DNA from: Nitrospiraceae bacterium
Lineage (GTDB): Bacteria; Nitrospirota; Nitrospiria; Nitrospirales; UBA2166
Direction: 5' to 3'
Assembly: GCA_002726235.1 (NCBI GenBank)
Contig: PBSN01000002.1
Span: 138,540 to 158,539, forward strand
Length of the DNA stretch: 20,000 bases
Shown here piece by piece: positions 17,314-20,000 of the stretch (position 1 is its first letter; each line of letters starts with the position of its first letter). The notes beneath the pieces were generated by a model, which made no database searches, was not told the origin of the DNA, and saw nothing but the letters and a program-made list of their open reading frames with translations. The position numbers and the translations under genes were made by a program.

Positions 17314-17553
17314 TCTCCGCCAAGTGTCCCGAATCGCATGACATAAGCCACTATAATATCTTGTGCTCCACTCAACACATTTATGCCCTTTGCGCTGTAA
17401 TCACTGCTTGTAACAAGTCCAATCCTCCACAAAATCTACATATTCTTAAATGAGCCAATTTCACAGTGACCGAATCTCAAGACAGCGTTCGGAAAAATCA
17501 ACCCAAGTAATATTTTCAGCTCACAGCAGCGTTATGAGGGATAGCGAGTTCAA

Positions 17554-19170
17554 TCAAATACGGCTAGCAAGATTGAGATCACCTAATGTATCCACATCAG
17601 CCCAATGGCCACGAATATACTGAATCGTTACTGGAATATCCTGTTCGACAAGAGCATTTAACAGGTCCGCTAACGACATTTGTTGGAATGCTGGGACAGA
17701 GACAAAACGATCAATACACGTCTTCACATGATCCAGCCCACGCTTAGAGAGTTTCATCATTCCAATCCACTCTCCATCAAACGCAAGAGTCTGATCAGGA
17801 GCAGTACTGACCATTCGTTTTAGAACGACCCTATCCTCTAATAAATAGGAACCGCTATCACGGTGGCTAGCGTAGACATAGTCTGATTCCCGCGCGAGGT
17901 GCGTCCGCCCTTCCCAGCCAGAGTCAACGGTTAGGACAATATCATCCTGTTCGCGAATGAGAAGATCGAGGATGTACGGTTTAAAACAAATATCGCCATA
18001 GGCGATCACCACGTTGCTTGAAACCAAGTCAATGGCTTTCGCCAAAGAAACCATTTCACCAGTGCTCTCATACTCTTGGTTTTCTACAACCTTCACTTTT
18101 GGGACATCAATCATTTCCCTGAGATATCCGGCTACAACGATGATATCGTGGATATCATTAACCCATAATGCGTTGACCATTCGCTCTAAAATAGTTTCAT
18201 TGCCTAGTTTTATCATCGCCTTAGGAACATGTTCCGTAAGCTTCCCAAGCGCCAAACCTCGACTCGCCGCAAGAATAATGGCGGAATGTGCATTGTTTGC
18301 AGTGGCCAGATACCGTTTCTCGGCTTCTTGCAATTCATCATCGCCTTGGAGACGAAACACTTCCCCAAGTGAAGAAATTTGATCTTCGACGTTGAGCAAA
18401 TTCTCGTCTACATAAATTCTGGCAGCAACCTCCTGCATTTTTCTAATAGCTCCACGTAGCAGATGATTTGCCCAAATAACGATTGAGACCTTACGTTCTC
18501 GGAATCCCGCTGTGGGCGTTGTGTAATACTTTGTCGGCACCAGAAGAACCGGCAAACGATTGGCCCATTCTTTGAGAAATGAAAAAACTTCCGCAGGATC
18601 TGAGTGTTTACTGTGAATTAGAATGGCATCTGCCCCAGCACGTCGGTAGGCCTCGGCGCGTTTCATGGCCTCTCCTAAGCCCCATCCCGCAATAAACGCT
18701 TCGATTCTCGCGGTAATCACGAAATCATCATCCCGCTGAACATCTTTCCCTGCCTTGATCCGGCCACAAAACTCATCAATATCAGCGAGAGGCTGCTTTT
18801 CCTCCCTCAAAAAACTATTGGTCTTGGGAAATACTTTATCTTCGATGCAAACCCCTGCAATGCCCCGTTGTTCTAACTTTTTGACAAACCTCCGCATGTT
18901 ATTGAAGTTACCATGCCCAGTATCGCCATCTAATAAAACTGGAATAGACACTGCATCGTTCATGAATTCAACGGCTTCCAGAACCTGGGTCCAACTGATT
19001 TCATTGTTGTCACGAACTCCAAGGGATGCCGACACGGTGAGGCCACTTCCCCAGATGCCTTGAAACCCAGCATCCTCCACAATCTTCGCGGATAATCCAT
19101 TGTGCGCTTCCATTAAGAAATCCAGTTGATCTCCTGAAAGCATTTGGTGCAAACGTGTCGTTTTTTTCAT
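17554..19170 (-). CDS. pepM: Phosphoenolpyruvate mutase fused to a C-terminal LicC/PntC-like nucleotidyl(cytidylyl)transferase domain
   Basis: [21 protein letters not shown] and the PepM signature [10 protein letters not shown] (EDKxxxxxNS), then ARIEA, VPTKY, IWANH. C-terminal domain: AIILAASRG...PKAM, VAGY, YGDI, GEWIG, WADVDT. Confidence 0.95.
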   Translation of the reverse strand: MKKTTRLHQMLSGDQLDFLMEAHNGLSAKIVEDAGFQGIWGSGLTVSASLGVRDNNEISWTQVLEAVEFMNDAVSIPVLLDGDTGHGNFNNMRRFVKKLEQRGIAGVCIEDKVFPKTNSFLREEKQPLADIDEFCGRIKAGKDVQRDDDFVITARIEAFIAGWGLGEAMKRAEAYRRAGADAILIHSKHSDPAEVFSFLKEWANRLPVLLVPTKYYTTPTAGFRERKVSIVIWANHLLRGAIRKMQEVAARIYVDENLLNVEDQISSLGEVFRLQGDDELQEAEKRYLATANNAHSAIILAASRGLALGKLTEHVPKAMIKLGNETILERMVNALWVNDIHDIIVVAGYLREMIDVPKVKVVENQEYESTGEMVSLAKAIDLVSSNVVIAYGDICFKPYILDLLIREQDDIVLTVDSGWEGRTHLARESDYVYASHRDSGSYLLEDRVVLKRMVSTAPDQTLAFDGEWIGMMKLSKRGLDHVKTCIDRFVSVPAFQQMSLADLLNALVEQDIPVTIQYIRGHWADVDTLGDLNLASRI

Positions 19171-19325
19171 GAGAATATGGGATGTTGCTACTTGCTCGTA
19201 ATGCGAATATTACAAGCCTCGTCTACCTCCCCGCCACAGGAATATATTGGCAACAAACAACCTCATCCCTTAGATATCGTGATCGAAATATTTACGACCA
19301 ATCCATCCATGGCAGCAACCATCAC

Positions 19326-19889
19326 TCAGGATGCTGGATACTCCGCGCTGCCAATGATCAAGTCACACACAGCTAATAGCCACATCTGATGGGTCATTTC
19401 AACAATGTTGTAGGCCCGGCTATCAACCCAGAAATTGAGATCTCCCCTCATTTTCAGCGGGTTGTCGGAAAGAAACCCGGTGAACGTCACCAACACATGA
19501 TCCTTACTTCGCGCGTAGTCAGCTGCTTTAACCATGTTAATGGATTTGCCGCTCGAGCTGATCAGTATTATCAAATCGCCGCCGTCAGCATACAGTTCCA
19601 ATGCCTTCTCAATCCATCGTTCATAGCCATAATCGTTTGATAAACAGGTCACAAGACCGGTCTCATTAAAATTCACACAGCGAATATGTGCATTTTTGGA
19701 AAAGTCTACGGCGCAGTGGCTCGCAATGGCAGCACTCCCCCCATTCCCAGCAATGATGACCTTTTTCCCATCGGCATGAACTCCACTCATGAGTCCCTTT
19801 AATTCAATGAGTTGACTGTTCATGTCAGTCCCAAAAATGGACTGACGGTAGCGATCGAAATATTCAGCTAAAAACTGTTTCTCATTCAC
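19326..19889 (-). CDS. gmhA: SIS-domain phosphosugar isomerase, sedoheptulose-7-phosphate isomerase (GmhA)-like
   Basis: GNGGSAAIASH, TCLSNDYGY, ISSSGKSINMV, TFTGF, VEMTH. GGAGG lies 5 nt upstream of GTG 19889; ATG 19901 is an alternative. It diverges from enteric GmhA (SHCAVD instead of QHFAAE). Confidence 0.78.
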   Translation of the reverse strand: MNEKQFLAEYFDRYRQSIFGTDMNSQLIELKGLMSGVHADGKKVIIAGNGGSAAIASHCAVDFSKNAHIRCVNFNETGLVTCLSNDYGYERWIEKALELYADGGDLIILISSSGKSINMVKAADYARSKDHVLVTFTGFLSDNPLKMRGDLNFWVDSRAYNIVEMTHQMWLLAVCDLIIGSAEYPAS

Positions 19890-19928
19890 GCTAGCCTCCA
19901 TCTGATCATTTACTTGCTCACATCAAGT

Positions 19929-20000
19929 TCATGGCACGCTACCGCCATGCCGGGTGTAGAACCCACCCAGATGTGTCACGCACACAGCCCCGGTTCGGCT
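19929..20000 (-). CDS. Possible 3' end of the upstream gene (...SRTGAVCVTHLGGFYTRHGGSVP*), resembling a PfkB/ribokinase-family C-terminus
   Basis: Frame is open from the window edge to TGA at 19931-19929. GAVCVTHLGG resembles the PfkB C-terminal AGAxxVTxxG helix. Only 23 residues are visible. Confidence 0.3.
   Translation of the reverse strand, partial: SRTGAVCVTHLGGFYTRHGGSVP
19935..19946 (-). promoter_or_regulatory. ops-like element (RfaH/NusG-paralog recruitment motif) GGCGGTAGCGTG
   Basis: Exact match to the ops consensus GGCGGTAGnnTG on the transcribed strand, 45 nt upstream of the GmhA-like GTG start. It may overlap the end of an upstream CDS. Confidence 0.35.

Noticed and set aside
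17314..17553. 240-bp gap after pepM as a possible decayed ppd/aepY gene
   Set aside because: The position is suggestive, but the minus-strand translations I read are interrupted by stops and show no GVPDS or NEG motif. It cannot be supported without blastx.
17554..19170. Isocitrate lyase or methylisocitrate lyase assignment
   Set aside because: The EDKxxxxxNS motif is PepM-specific; the lyases have KxCGH at this position.
1..20000. tRNA/rRNA genes, IS elements, CRISPR arrays, intrinsic terminators, host taxonomy
   Set aside because: No repeat-spacer arrays, transposase ORFs, RNA gene signatures or convincing hairpin-plus-U-tract sites were seen. Taxonomy cannot be assigned from this accessory region by eye.

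Overview
The whole window is one co-oriented, minus-strand bacterial gene cluster of 15 complete CDSs plus probable partial genes at both edges. It looks like the interior of a surface-glycan (capsule/LPS/glycoprotein) biosynthesis locus. In transcription order: GmhA-like SIS isomerase; PEP mutase fused to a nucleotidyltransferase (phosphonate, C-P bond); L-2-hydroxyglutarate oxidase; class II aldolase/SDR fusion; PglK/MsbA-like ABC flippase; a probable decayed gmhB fragment; Cj1427/WcaG-like GDP-heptose 4-dehydrogenase; HddC-like guanylyltransferase; ColD-type PLP 3-dehydratase (His replaces the Schiff-base Lys); ThDP E1 alpha/beta pair 1; two atypical GDP-fucose-synthase-family SDRs; a short LeuA-like acetyl-CoA condensing enzyme with an altered pocket; ThDP E1 alpha/beta pair 2; a divergent HemN-like radical SAM enzyme. 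Main inferences: (i) a GDP-heptose-derived, 3-deoxygenated, C-branched sugar pathway with a built-in 2-oxoglutarate/L-2-hydroxyglutarate recycling loop; (ii) a phosphonate pathway with no phosphonopyruvate decarboxylase visible in the window; (iii) an ops-like antitermination motif near the upstream edge. No RNA genes, mobile elements or CRISPR arrays were recognised. All family calls come from motif recognition by eye; no searches were run.
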